Positions 1 to 8,403 are shown, numbered from the stretch's first letter. The stretch: 32,000 nt of DNA from Crocosphaera sp. (GCA_030064955.1 JASJDW010000020.1:4310-36309); one strand, 5' to 3'. A program made the numbers and translations. The notes: generated from the sequence alone by a model not told the origin.

Positions 1-407
1 TCCCGATGAATAATAGGAGGATTATGATGTTGTAAATAAATTAAAATTTCTAAAAGAGAAACAGCAATTTTTTTAACCTGTTCAGAGGAGAAGTTAGATT
101 TAATCGCCAAAGAAGGGGCTTCTTTATACTCTTGAATCATACAAAAACCATCTTCAGTTTCAAAGGATGCAAAATAGCGAGGAATACGAGGATGTTCTAA
201 ACTTTCTAAAATACTAATTTCTCTTTCATAAGCTTTGTAACTACTCCAGCTTGCATTCGTATCGACAAAACGAAATTGTTTAATTACTACCTTTTGTTGT
301 GTCTTTAAACACTCTGCTAAATAACTAATTCTTCCCCCTTCTCGGTTACGTCCTAATTCACGAATAATACGGTAGTTATAGTGAGAAAAATCTGGTAGGT
401 TTTGCAT
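1..407 (-). CDS. Ser/Thr protein kinase, N-terminal part (gene runs off the window start)
   Basis: Minus-strand ORF with ATG at 407..405, open to position 1; absent from the ORF track because it is truncated. My translation is MQNLPDFSHYNYRIIRELGRNREGGRISYLAECLKTQQKVVIKQF...ISILESLEHPRIPRYF...LIYLQHHNPPIIHR. This shows a Hanks-kinase layout: glycine-rich region, VIKQF lysine, and the start of the HRD loop. Confidence 0.75.
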   Translation of the reverse strand, partial: MQNLPDFSHYNYRIIRELGRNREGGRISYLAECLKTQQKVVIKQFRFVDTNASWSSYKAYEREISILESLEHPRIPRYFASFETEDGFCMIQEYKEAPSLAIKSNFSSEQVKKIAVSLLEILIYLQHHNPPIIHR

Positions 408-470
408 ATTATTACCTAATTGATTAAATAATAAGATATAATATCCAGTGTATAATACGAATGAGCAATT

Positions 471-1157
471 ATGATTGATCTCTACTATTGGACTACACCT
501 AACGGCCATAAAATTACCATCTTTTTAGAAGAAGCCCAATTAGACTACAATATTAAATTGATTAATATTGGAAAAGGAGAACAATTTGATCCCGAATTTC
601 TGAAAATTTCTCCTAATAATCGTATTCCTGCTATTGTTGACCACTCCCCAACCGATGGCGATCAACCAATTAGTATTTTTGAATCAGGGGCAATTTTATT
701 CTATTTAGGGAAAAAAATAGAGCAATTTTTACCGACAGATATACGAGGTGAAATGGAGGTCATGCAGTGGTTGTTTTGGCAAATAGGGGGACTTGGACCC
801 ATGTTAGGTCAAAACCATCATTTTAGTCAGTATGCCCCTGAAAAAATCCCCTATGCTATTAATAGATATGTTAAAGAAACAGAACGACTTTATGGAATTT
901 TAGATAAACGTTTAGAAAATAGAGATTATATTGCAAAAGATTATTCCATTGCAGATATGGCTGTTTATCCTTGGATTGTACCCCATCAACAACAGCAGCA
1001 AAACTTAGCAGACTTTCCTAATCTTAAAAGATGGTTTGAAGCCATAAAAAATCGCCCAGCCGTTCAAAAAGCTTATGAAATAGCGAAAAACCTGAAAACA
1101 GAAGCGACTATCACAGAAGAATCTAAAAAGATTTTGTTTGGTCAAGGAAAACAATAA
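471..1157 (+). CDS. Glutathione S-transferase, Nu-class (YfcG/YghU-like)
   Basis: 228-aa ORF with ATG start. It has the thioredoxin-like N-domain (LYYWTTPNGHKITIFLEE, NNRIPAIVDH, FESGAILFYL) and the helical C-domain typical of GSTs. Confidence 0.85.
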   Translation: MIDLYYWTTPNGHKITIFLEEAQLDYNIKLINIGKGEQFDPEFLKISPNNRIPAIVDHSPTDGDQPISIFESGAILFYLGKKIEQFLPTDIRGEMEVMQWLFWQIGGLGPMLGQNHHFSQYAPEKIPYAINRYVKETERLYGILDKRLENRDYIAKDYSIADMAVYPWIVPHQQQQQNLADFPNLKRWFEAIKNRPAVQKAYEIAKNLKTEATITEESKKILFGQGKQ

Positions 1158-1173
1158 AATTCAATCAATGAGC

Positions 1174-1340
1174 GTAAGTATTCAGCTATCAGCCGTCAGC
1201 CATCAGCCAAAAACTATGAATCCCTATCATCGAAAGTAACTAAGATTAAAAGAATGCTTACCTCAACCTTGCCAACAGAATGTGCGGTGACCGCTTTGAC
1301 TCAAAAGCTGAACGCTGAACGCTGACGGCTGAATGCTTAC
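1174..1340. mobile_element. MITE-like non-autonomous element with ~34-bp imperfect terminal inverted repeats
   Basis: The left end gtaagtattcagctatcagccgtcagccatcagcc (1174-1208) is the imperfect reverse complement of the right end gctgaacgctgaacgctgacggctgaatgcttac (1307-1340). The heptamer caatgag flanks both sides (1166-1172 and 1341-1347), which looks like a target-site duplication. No ORF inside. Confidence 0.55.
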
Positions 1341-1392
1341 CAATGAGTAGTGATTAGTTAGCACTGACCAAATAATAAATAATTATTCATGA

Positions 1393-1953
1393 TTAATTAT
1401 TAATTGTTAATCCTTGAAGATACCATTTGCGCCAAGCGGTTGAACTTCGGATGGCTATCCATAATAACATTAATGCGATTAATCCCCCATTTTTTGGAGC
1501 ATCAAAAGCAAACAAAACCAATAAAATGCAGATAATATCTTCAATACAAATTACCCATATTGGTAAACCCCGTAAACGAAAAAACCAGCCGACTTGAACC
1601 AACTTTAAAACAAAAGCCAATAATCCTCCAATTACACCAATTAACCATAAAGGACTCATGTCTAAATTGGCTATTTTGACGACAGCAACCGCTAATAGAC
1701 CACCCACCAAAGGACTAAAAACTAATTGTATAATCTGTAAAATACGCTGGCCTAATAACTTTTTAGAGCCGAATAATTCAAACAATGACCAACTGGTTAA
1801 AATGCCGATCAATACTTGAGGGGGAATAGCCGAAAGTAAAGGAACTTGTGACCATAAATCACTACGAAGCAAGCCAATAATTAATAAAGGTAATGCAATT
1901 CTCATGCCGGCTGCTGCTGATGCAGAAAGGATCGCTAAAATACCAATAATCAT
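1393..1953 (-). CDS. DUF4126-like polytopic membrane protein
   Basis: 186-aa ORF, ATG start, hydrophobic throughout with about 5-6 predicted TM segments. N-terminus MIIGILAILSASAAAGMRIALPLL resembles the DUF4126 family. Confidence 0.6.
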   Translation of the reverse strand: MIIGILAILSASAAAGMRIALPLLIIGLLRSDLWSQVPLLSAIPPQVLIGILTSWSLFELFGSKKLLGQRILQIIQLVFSPLVGGLLAVAVVKIANLDMSPLWLIGVIGGLLAFVLKLVQVGWFFRLRGLPIWVICIEDIICILLVLFAFDAPKNGGLIALMLLWIAIRSSTAWRKWYLQGLTINN

Positions 1954-2042
1954 GTGATTTGACTGTTACTATTTAAGTCATCTGTTTTCCATTGTCGCTC
2001 ACTCTTGTACAATAAGATCGATCGCCTTTTATTAAACCCATC

Positions 2043-2783
2043 ATGGTTGAAGTTCCCAACAGTTTAGAACAAGCGGTTTCTCAAGCGAAAGAAGCAGCAA
2101 AACTCGCCCTAGAAGCAGGGGTAGAACGTATTTGCTTAGAAATTGTTATCCCAGAAATTGCCTTACAAGCTCAAGCATTAGCCTTAGAATTTACCACTTT
2201 ATTTGAAGGCCAACAATCAGGGTTAAAAGTGATCTTTCCCGACACTGGTGCAGCAGCTTTAGCTAGACGAGACTGGGGAGAAATCCCGTTTCAAGTAACA
2301 GACTTAGGGAGTCGTGCTACCTCTGTAGAAAGGAAAATTTCAGAGGCTGATGAAGCTTTTTTACTGGTATGTCCTTCCTCTGTAGAAGTGGAAATTGTTG
2401 AAAAACTCTGTAATTTAGCTGGCGATCGCCCTGTTATTCTCCTGATTCCCCAGTTAGAAGATGTTTCTATTGTAGGGATTGGTTATGCTGCCCGTCAACT
2501 GCGAGAACGGTTTATTAGTATTTTAGAATCGGTTTATTATTTTCGTCCTTTGGATGGGGTTGTAGTGTTGCGGTGTTATCCCTCTCCTTGGTTGGTATAT
2601 TTGCAAAAAGAAGAGGGGTATGAATTAATCGCTGAACAAGGACAAAAGCCTATGGGAGAAGCCTTAGACACTTTAGTTAATAATGCTTTGAAAGGAGAAG
2701 ACGACAATACTAATCAACCTCAACCCAAAAAATCAGGCATTTTTGCTAGTATGCAAAGTTTTCTAAAGGCATTGAGTCAGTGA
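2043..2783 (+). CDS. DUF1995-like protein (cyanobacteria/plastid-lineage family)
   Basis: 246-aa ORF, ATG start. Family resemblance is by eye (LEQAV...AKLALEAG..R..LEIVIPE ... FLLVCPS); no catalytic motif recognised. Confidence 0.6.
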   Translation: MVEVPNSLEQAVSQAKEAAKLALEAGVERICLEIVIPEIALQAQALALEFTTLFEGQQSGLKVIFPDTGAAALARRDWGEIPFQVTDLGSRATSVERKISEADEAFLLVCPSSVEVEIVEKLCNLAGDRPVILLIPQLEDVSIVGIGYAARQLRERFISILESVYYFRPLDGVVVLRCYPSPWLVYLQKEEGYELIAEQGQKPMGEALDTLVNNALKGEDDNTNQPQPKKSGIFASMQSFLKALSQ

Positions 2784-2906
2784 CACCTTTCTAAATACAA
2801 TCTCATCCATGACCAAACTACGAGGATTATAGACATCCATTGTCCTTAATAATTCGACAGGCCGTAAACAACACCACCCCGAACAATACCCGATCTTGTT
2901 CAAGTT

Positions 2907-3299
2907 TTAAACGAAATCACTGATTCCAAGAACAAAATTGCCATTAAGTCGTGCTAACGCTTCACCACTATCCATAACTTGAATAATTGTTTTGTTCTTT
3001 TTGACCTCAAACGAGAGATCCCCAAAGTCAAGACCTCCATCTAAGTGAAACAAATCTGTTCCTTGCTCAAAATCCCTAATTACATCAAAACCATCGCCCA
3101 CAGCCAAGATAAAGGTATCTGAGCCAGTTCCTCCCCATAGATGATCTCTTTTAGTTCCACCATCAAGAACATCATCACCATCTCCACCCATAAGCCAGTC
3201 AACTCCATCGCCTCCCATTAATATATCGTCGTTACCCAATCCATAGAGACGATCATTGCCTGCTTCTCCATGGAGTTCATCTCTGCCACTATTGCCCAT
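2907..3299 (-). CDS. Hemolysin-type calcium-binding (RTX) repeat region; probably the C-terminal part of a frameshift-split gene
   Basis: Contains tandem GGxGxD-type nonapeptides (GNDRLYGLGNDDILMGGDGVDWLMGGDGDDVLDGG). The same frame stays open upstream of the ATG to 3428 and still encodes RTX repeats (GTRKKDRLFGIVGDNLIQAGDGNDRV), so the ATG at 3299 lies inside the repeat array. Confidence 0.65.
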   Translation of the reverse strand: MGNSGRDELHGEAGNDRLYGLGNDDILMGGDGVDWLMGGDGDDVLDGGTKRDHLWGGTGSDTFILAVGDGFDVIRDFEQGTDLFHLDGGLDFGDLSFEVKKNKTIIQVMDSGEALARLNGNFVLGISDFV

Positions 3300-3405
3300 A
3301 ACTCTATCATTCCCGTCACCAGCCTGAATTAGATTATCCCCTACAATTCCAAAGAGACGATCCTTTTTACGGGTTCCATTAATAATATTAACGTCATCAA
3401 CTCCA

Positions 3406-3957
3406 TTAATTGTGATAGTCCCAAGGATCTATATAGGGTTTGACGACTCTATTAGCAATTGCTGTGAAGCCATCGTCTGTTTCGATATCAAAATTTTCTG
3501 CAACAGTTTCTCTAGGGAAAACGCTAAAGTTTTCTATTCTTTTACTACCATCTGCTTCAAGAATAAATCTCGCATCGTCAGAAATTGAAAACTCCATTGA
3601 GTTATATACCCAAACTCGATCTATATAATCATCAATATCATCCTCCCAGTTATACTGCTGCATACTCCAACTAAAAATACCTAATCCGAATATTTCTCCT
3701 AGTTGTGCTTTTGTATAGCTGCCAGGAGGAACTGTGGCTGATGTAAAAAGGGAATCAAAAAATCTTTGTACTAAAGTAAATTGACTACCAACGGCAAATC
3801 TACCAGCACCGGTTGCCATGAATTCTATTGTATCTACTTCGACCTTTGTAGTAGTATCTTTAGGACGAATTAAGTCCTCATCTGCTAGATTGCTGGGAGT
3901 TGTTAATTGTCCGTATAAATATAAATTGGTAATGTTGTTTTTATTGAGTTGAGTCAT
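3406..3957 (-). CDS. Hypothetical protein; probable N-terminal part of the split RTX protein
   Basis: I place the start at the internal ATG 3957 (MTQLNKNN...), preceded by aggaaaaatc. The paralog fragment at 4705-4820 is conserved exactly from this ATG onward. The track start at 4017 would overlap the upstream gene. No recognisable domain. Confidence 0.55.
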   Translation of the reverse strand: MTQLNKNNITNLYLYGQLTTPSNLADEDLIRPKDTTTKVEVDTIEFMATGAGRFAVGSQFTLVQRFFDSLFTSATVPPGSYTKAQLGEIFGLGIFSWSMQQYNWEDDIDDYIDRVWVYNSMEFSISDDARFILEADGSKRIENFSVFPRETVAENFDIETDDGFTAIANRVVKPYIDPWDYHN

Positions 3958-3998
3958 GATTTTTCCTAATACTTTTAGGTAGATGGTTAAGGCAATTA

Positions 3999-4451
3999 TT
4001 ATCGGGGTTTTCCACAATTTGTTAAGTAGTTATCAAAGCGTTTTTTTCCTATTTTGAGCGAGTTGTTTTCATCTAAATAACGCACTTGGAAATAAATAAC
4101 GACGATATCGCGTGAATCGTATCCAAAAATGCGATCAAGGAATTTGGCAGGAGGAACTTCATAACCGCCCCCAGGATTGACGGAACAACAATCTGGATAC
4201 AAGGCGATATATTCATCGAAACTGTTATATTTGATGTGTTTTGGATACCAAACACCTGAGAAGTTTTCTATCGGCAATGTATTTCGACTATTTTGATAAT
4301 CAAATACTCTTCTAATTTTTTCCTCATCGCTCAAATAGCGCATTTGAGCAAAACAGAATCCTGAATAATTGAATCCAAAGTAGGTAATAAGGGCAGTTAA
4401 GGGGAGTCCGACCAACAGTAGAAATTCATAAAGACAACCACGATTAACCAT
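3999..4451 (-). CDS. Hypothetical protein with N-terminal membrane anchor
   Basis: 150-aa ORF, ATG start, one hydrophobic helix (LLLVGLPLTALITYFGF). It lies 41 nt upstream of, and on the same strand as, the RTX-associated gene. No family recognised. Confidence 0.5.
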   Translation of the reverse strand: MVNRGCLYEFLLLVGLPLTALITYFGFNYSGFCFAQMRYLSDEEKIRRVFDYQNSRNTLPIENFSGVWYPKHIKYNSFDEYIALYPDCCSVNPGGGYEVPPAKFLDRIFGYDSRDIVVIYFQVRYLDENNSLKIGKKRFDNYLTNCGKPR

Positions 4452-4704
4452 GATTATTTACCCTAGTTCAATACAAGTAACTTAGTCATTTTAAACAATT
4501 AAACATTGATCACGTTCCTCTTAAAGAAATGGAGTGGACAATAATTAGATTCAAAATGCAGGTTTAATAGTTTTCCCACTTATTAGGAAATTTTTGATTG
4601 ACTTTACGATACTTTATTTTTTAGAAAAATAACATTGGGGGTTTTACCTATTTTTTCTTTAGTTTTCTCTATTTATTTTCTTCTCAATTCCGTAATTTCA
4701 CTTA

Positions 4705-4820
4705 AACTTTGGTCGTAGCATCTTTAGGACGAATTAATTCTTCATCTGCTAGATTGCTTGGAGTTGTTAACTGTCCGTATAAATATTGATTGGTGATGTT
4801 GTTTTTATTTAGTTGAGTAT
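4705..4820 (-). pseudogene. Decayed 5' fragment of a paralog of the 3406..3957 gene
   Basis: About 115 bp aligns to 3841-3957 at roughly 88% identity by eye. The start codon is destroyed (gagtcatgat becomes gagtatggt), an in-frame stop follows, and homology ends abruptly on both sides. Confidence 0.65.
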
Positions 4821-4875
4821 GGTAGTTCAACGCAAGTAATACCATTTCTCAAAAATAACTAGAGATATTTAGTTT

Positions 4876-4900
4876 GGGGTGTAGGGTGTAGGGTGTGGGG
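4876..4900 (+). repeat. GGGTGTA heptamer tract (STRR-like), G-quadruplex-capable
   Basis: ggggtgtagggtgtagggtgtgggg has four G3-4 runs separated by 3-4 nt loops. It lies 42 nt downstream of the oxidase stop. Confidence 0.7.
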
Positions 4901-4941
4901 TTTATTCTCCCATTCTCCCCGTCTCCTAATCCCCTTTGGCT

Positions 4942-6627
4942 TTAATTACGAGTATAAATGGCTAGATTCTTAACTGTGATAGTTTCATCCATCGGGCCGC
5001 CATCTTTGCGAATGGAGATGGATGCTGCATCTGTGTTAAGTTCCTCAATATTATTGAGTTGTGAGAGTAACTCATCAGTGATATCAAATTGAAACATCTT
5101 GGTGGTGGGGCGATCGCTTCTTACAACGAAGAAGGCAATGGTTCCCACGAAGTAGGTATTAATATCAGCCATAGCGGTCGTTCTGGCTTCTGCTTCATTG
5201 GGCAAATTGAGATAAACTTTGTAAATGCCGCGAGGTTGTCCAGTGTAACTAACCTCCACTTCTAAGGTATAGTTAGGTTGAGATAAGCGATCACCAGCAA
5301 TGGACTGAATAGAGTTCAGTTGATTACGCAATTGAGGAGCTAAAGGCACCGTCTGAGTAAACTCTTGCTCTGTTCCTACGGTTGTCTCAGTTTGCTCACT
5401 ACCCAGAAGTGTTCTGGGAAGTTGATTGGCCATCAGTGTCCTTAAATTGGATTTAACAACGGCATTAGGACTGCTTCCATCATCGTACACATAGTCCATA
5501 TTGTAGACTGCATTCACCACTTCCTCCATATCGTAGGCGACTACTTCCCCGTTGGGTTCAAAAAATTGATAGGGCCAAGTCACTTTTTGGAGTTCTTCTG
5601 GTGTAACGATGACGTTGGTTTCATTAGTCCATTGGGCCCATAGACGATCAATGTTGCCGTGGTGCATCCAAAAGATGGGGTCAAAGCCAGCACTGGGAAC
5701 ATTGGTCATTAAACCATATTGGGTTTCCCCCTCATCGGTTTGAGTGCGGTTATAAATAGGATTAAAGAGGTCTGTGTCCTCATTAATACCTCCCCCAAGA
5801 TAAACATGAATTAAACCATGAGGACGAACATCGATTTGTTCGTTAAAGTCTGCATAGACTTTTTGTCGTCTTAACCCTTCCACTGGATCTAATAAATTTT
5901 CTTGGGAAAAGGTTTCTGTAAAGGGTTCCCCTGCGGTTAAACTTTTATCTCTGGCTGACTCATATAAGGCGTTGCTGACATCAGCCGGGCTACGAAACTC
6001 AGTGGGCATGGTTAAGAGAGTTTTATCTGGGAGTTCCGTGTCAAATAAGCTAATATAGCCCCAGTAAGGAAGACTAAACTCAGGATCATTGGCTAATTTT
6101 CGCACAATTTTTTCAAAATGATGCACATAAAGTCGATGCCAGGGCAAAAAATGAATCACAGAATTTTGGCCCCCTTGGTTGGGAGCATGGGTACAATTAT
6201 CCCAGGAAGCCAGTAATTTATCACTACCAGGAAACGCACCGGTGAGTTCTGCGGGAAAATTAGAATAGCTAGGACATAAAGGATTTTCGTTTTGAAGGGC
6301 TGAGATATCTTCGCTAGCCGTTGGAACCCAATGAATGGCTCCTTGATAATACCAACTGACGGGATTTTCACATCCCATCTCTTTCATTTTTTGTAGGGCA
6401 ATTTTTAAGGACTCCAGATTTTTTTGACCTTCGGGGGTATGAGCTTCATAGCGAGTGTAGGAGGGAGCAGAATAGGATGCTGCCATCACAGGAGGGGGTA
6501 AAGTTCCCATCACTAGGGCAAAACAAAGCAGCAAAGTACAGACACTTTTGAGACATAAATGTCGCAAGTTATGGGCAACCCCAGTTCCCTTAACTGAGGT
6601 TTGGTTAGTGGTTAAAAGATTAAACAT
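4942..6627 (-). CDS. Type-3 copper polyphenol oxidase/tyrosinase with plant-PPO-like C-terminal domains and an N-terminal signal peptide
   Basis: CuA site: CTH...IHFLPWHRLYVHHFE. CuB site: HGLIHVYLGG...FWMHHGNIDRLWAQW. The downstream segment WPYQFFEPNGEVVAYDMEEVV...MDYVYDD resembles the PPO DWL domain, and KMFQFDITDEL resembles the KFDV domain. N-terminus is hydrophobic (LLLCFALVMGTLPPPVMAAS). Confidence 0.9.
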   Translation of the reverse strand: MFNLLTTNQTSVKGTGVAHNLRHLCLKSVCTLLLCFALVMGTLPPPVMAASYSAPSYTRYEAHTPEGQKNLESLKIALQKMKEMGCENPVSWYYQGAIHWVPTASEDISALQNENPLCPSYSNFPAELTGAFPGSDKLLASWDNCTHAPNQGGQNSVIHFLPWHRLYVHHFEKIVRKLANDPEFSLPYWGYISLFDTELPDKTLLTMPTEFRSPADVSNALYESARDKSLTAGEPFTETFSQENLLDPVEGLRRQKVYADFNEQIDVRPHGLIHVYLGGGINEDTDLFNPIYNRTQTDEGETQYGLMTNVPSAGFDPIFWMHHGNIDRLWAQWTNETNVIVTPEELQKVTWPYQFFEPNGEVVAYDMEEVVNAVYNMDYVYDDGSSPNAVVKSNLRTLMANQLPRTLLGSEQTETTVGTEQEFTQTVPLAPQLRNQLNSIQSIAGDRLSQPNYTLEVEVSYTGQPRGIYKVYLNLPNEAEARTTAMADINTYFVGTIAFFVVRSDRPTTKMFQFDITDELLSQLNNIEELNTDAASISIRKDGGPMDETITVKNLAIYTRN

Positions 6628-6873
6628 GATTAAATTTACTCTCCTAAGAGTGCAACTCTCAAGGCTTAAAACATCGATTCAGGAGAAAAAAATTGTATAG
6701 AATATCTGATCAAATCTTGCAGTTTGTAACAAATTATGGATTCTGGTTTTAATGCAAGATGTCAGTTCTATTGAAACTTAGGGAACAATGGGTTTTTTTA
6801 CGTGGTTGAGTACCCTTCCACTGAAAAATATATTACCATACGGATAGGATTTTAAAATTCTGTGTCGCCCCAT

Positions 6874-6912
6874 CAAAAAATATAACGCCTATTCTTGGAA
6901 TAGGCGTTTTTC
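6874..6912 (-). terminator. Intrinsic terminator downstream of hspA (bidirectional geometry)
   Basis: Perfect 11-bp stem aacgcctattc/gaataggcgtt (6884-6908) with a 3-nt loop. An A-run lies on one side and a T-run on the other, so a U-tract follows the hairpin on either strand. Confidence 0.65.
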
Positions 6913-6935
6913 TGCTTTTGTCTTGATAATGAGAA

Positions 6936-6957
6936 GGGGTCAACCACCGTTGACCCC
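6936..6957 (-). terminator. Stem-loop immediately after the hspA stop (possible first terminator or stabiliser hairpin)
   Basis: ggggtcaac-cacc-gttgacccc forms a 9-bp GC-rich stem starting 9 nt after the stop codon. The U-tract on the minus strand is weak. Confidence 0.4.
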
Positions 6958-6965
6958 CAGGAAGT

Positions 6966-7412
6966 TTATCCAATATTAACTTTTACAACTTTGTTTCTTT
7001 CTTCTTCTGCTTTAGGCAGGTTGAGATGAAGGATACCGTCTTTATATTCTGCGGTCACGTTGTTGTTTTGGACTTGGCTAGGTAAAGGAATGACTCGATG
7101 GAATTTACCGTAACGGAATTCAGTGCGAATTGTACCATTTTCTTCGGTTTTTTCTTCTGATTTCCGTTCTCCTTTAATGCTAACAGAGTCTGCTTGAACT
7201 TCTACCTCTAAGTCTTTGGCTTCTAACCCAGGAATTTCTAGTTTGAGGTCGATCGCTTCGGGAGTTTCACTCATTTCTGCGGCAGGAACGAAGGATAATT
7301 TATCAAAGTCATTGTCAGCTAAATCACTGGGATAAAGGCTATTAAATAAACGATTCATTTCTTTTTGTAGAGAGTCAATTTCTCTAAAGGGTTCCCAACG
7401 TACAAGTGCCAT
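6966..7412 (-). CDS. hspA: Small heat-shock protein, Hsp20/alpha-crystallin family
   Basis: 148 aa. Has the N-terminal MALVRWEPFREI motif and an alpha-crystallin domain (PAAEMSETPEAIDLKLEIPG...FHRVIPLP...AEYKDGILHLNLPK). ggaggt lies 9 nt before the ATG. Confidence 0.9.
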   Translation of the reverse strand: MALVRWEPFREIDSLQKEMNRLFNSLYPSDLADNDFDKLSFVPAAEMSETPEAIDLKLEIPGLEAKDLEVEVQADSVSIKGERKSEEKTEENGTIRTEFRYGKFHRVIPLPSQVQNNNVTAEYKDGILHLNLPKAEEERNKVVKVNIG

Positions 7413-7531
7413 ATATATTACCTCCGATTCAGAAGTTTCTCTTATTTTACTGGAGTTTGATTGCTTTTATCTCCCTCCACTGTCTATGGTAGCTAAGATT
7501 TTTGGGTTGCTATTTCGGTTTTGAACACTAT

Positions 7532-8401
7532 TTAGGCGTAGATTTCCGTACTAGGAAAATTCCCTAAATAATCGGCGCACTGCGAAGCGGATCTCTTCGA
7601 GATCGCTTGAACAAATCCAGTGAAAGAATGATAGTCTTTACCGATAATATCAACGGTTAATCCTAATTTTTTAGCATTACTTGCAGTATAAGGACCAAAA
7701 CAAGCAATCAAACAGTTTTTAGGAATACGAGTATTCTTTACTATTTGCAAAAAACTTTCTATTTCTGCGGTACTACTAAAGGCAATGATATCAATTTTTC
7801 CCTGTTTTATTAATTCAATTTCCACAGGATATAAACTAGGATCTAAACATCGGGTTTGATAAGCGTTAACAGTGGTAATTTTTATGTTTAATGTGTCTAA
7901 TGCTGTGATAAAGTTGGGGATAATATCGGGTTCAGAAATGCCAATAACCTCAGGAATAGGAACTAAAATTGTTTGTTGCTCAATATTAGGAATATTAGCG
8001 AGTTCTAAGACAATACCTTGGGGACTGGGTTCTTGGGGAAGAAGAGCAACTTTTAACCCCATTTCTTCTAATCTTTGGCTATCTTTTCCAATGGCAATTA
8101 ATTGACAGTTATCTAAACAAGATAAGGGAATATTTAACGTTTCTAAGCGACTGATAATAGCATTAATTCCGTTGCGACTGGTAAAGGCAATATAATTAAA
8201 TTGTTGGATAGTTTCTAAACAGTTATCTAACTTTTCATAAGATGTTACATAACAAGTTTCAATGGTAGGCATTAGAATAGGATTTCCCCCATAATTAATA
8301 ATTTCAGCAGCAAAACGAGACGCATAATTACGAGGTGTTGTGATTAAAATTCTTTTGTTATAAAGAGGAAGTTTTTTCGTTTCTATTAGAGTATCATTCA
8401 T
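7532..8401 (-). CDS. hemD: Uroporphyrinogen-III synthase (HemD) family protein
   Basis: Two-lobed HemD-like pattern: KRILITTPRNYASRFAAEIINYGGNPILMPTIE...YIAFTSRNGINAI, then VNAYQT...GKIDIIAFSSTAEIESF. The track start at 8404 is GTG; I prefer the adjacent ATG at 8401. Confidence 0.6.
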   Translation of the reverse strand: MNDTLIETKKLPLYNKRILITTPRNYASRFAAEIINYGGNPILMPTIETCYVTSYEKLDNCLETIQQFNYIAFTSRNGINAIISRLETLNIPLSCLDNCQLIAIGKDSQRLEEMGLKVALLPQEPSPQGIVLELANIPNIEQQTILVPIPEVIGISEPDIIPNFITALDTLNIKITTVNAYQTRCLDPSLYPVEIELIKQGKIDIIAFSSTAEIESFLQIVKNTRIPKNCLIACFGPYTASNAKKLGLTVDIIGKDYHSFTGFVQAISKRSASQCADYLGNFPSTEIYA

Positions 8402-8403
8402 CA

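Noticed and set aside
975-1010. The poly-Gln run (HQQQQQN) in the GST as a repeat expansion.
   Set aside because: It is only five residues, uses mixed caa/cag codons, and sits in a loop region of the C-terminal domain. It is not notable.
7413-7470. Possible RNA-thermometer hairpin in the hspA 5' leader. Small heat-shock genes in cyanobacteria can be controlled this way.
   Set aside because: By eye I find only a ~4-bp anti-SD pairing (cucc with ggag) and no convincing extended stem. Without a mapped transcription start or folding calculation this is too weak to claim.
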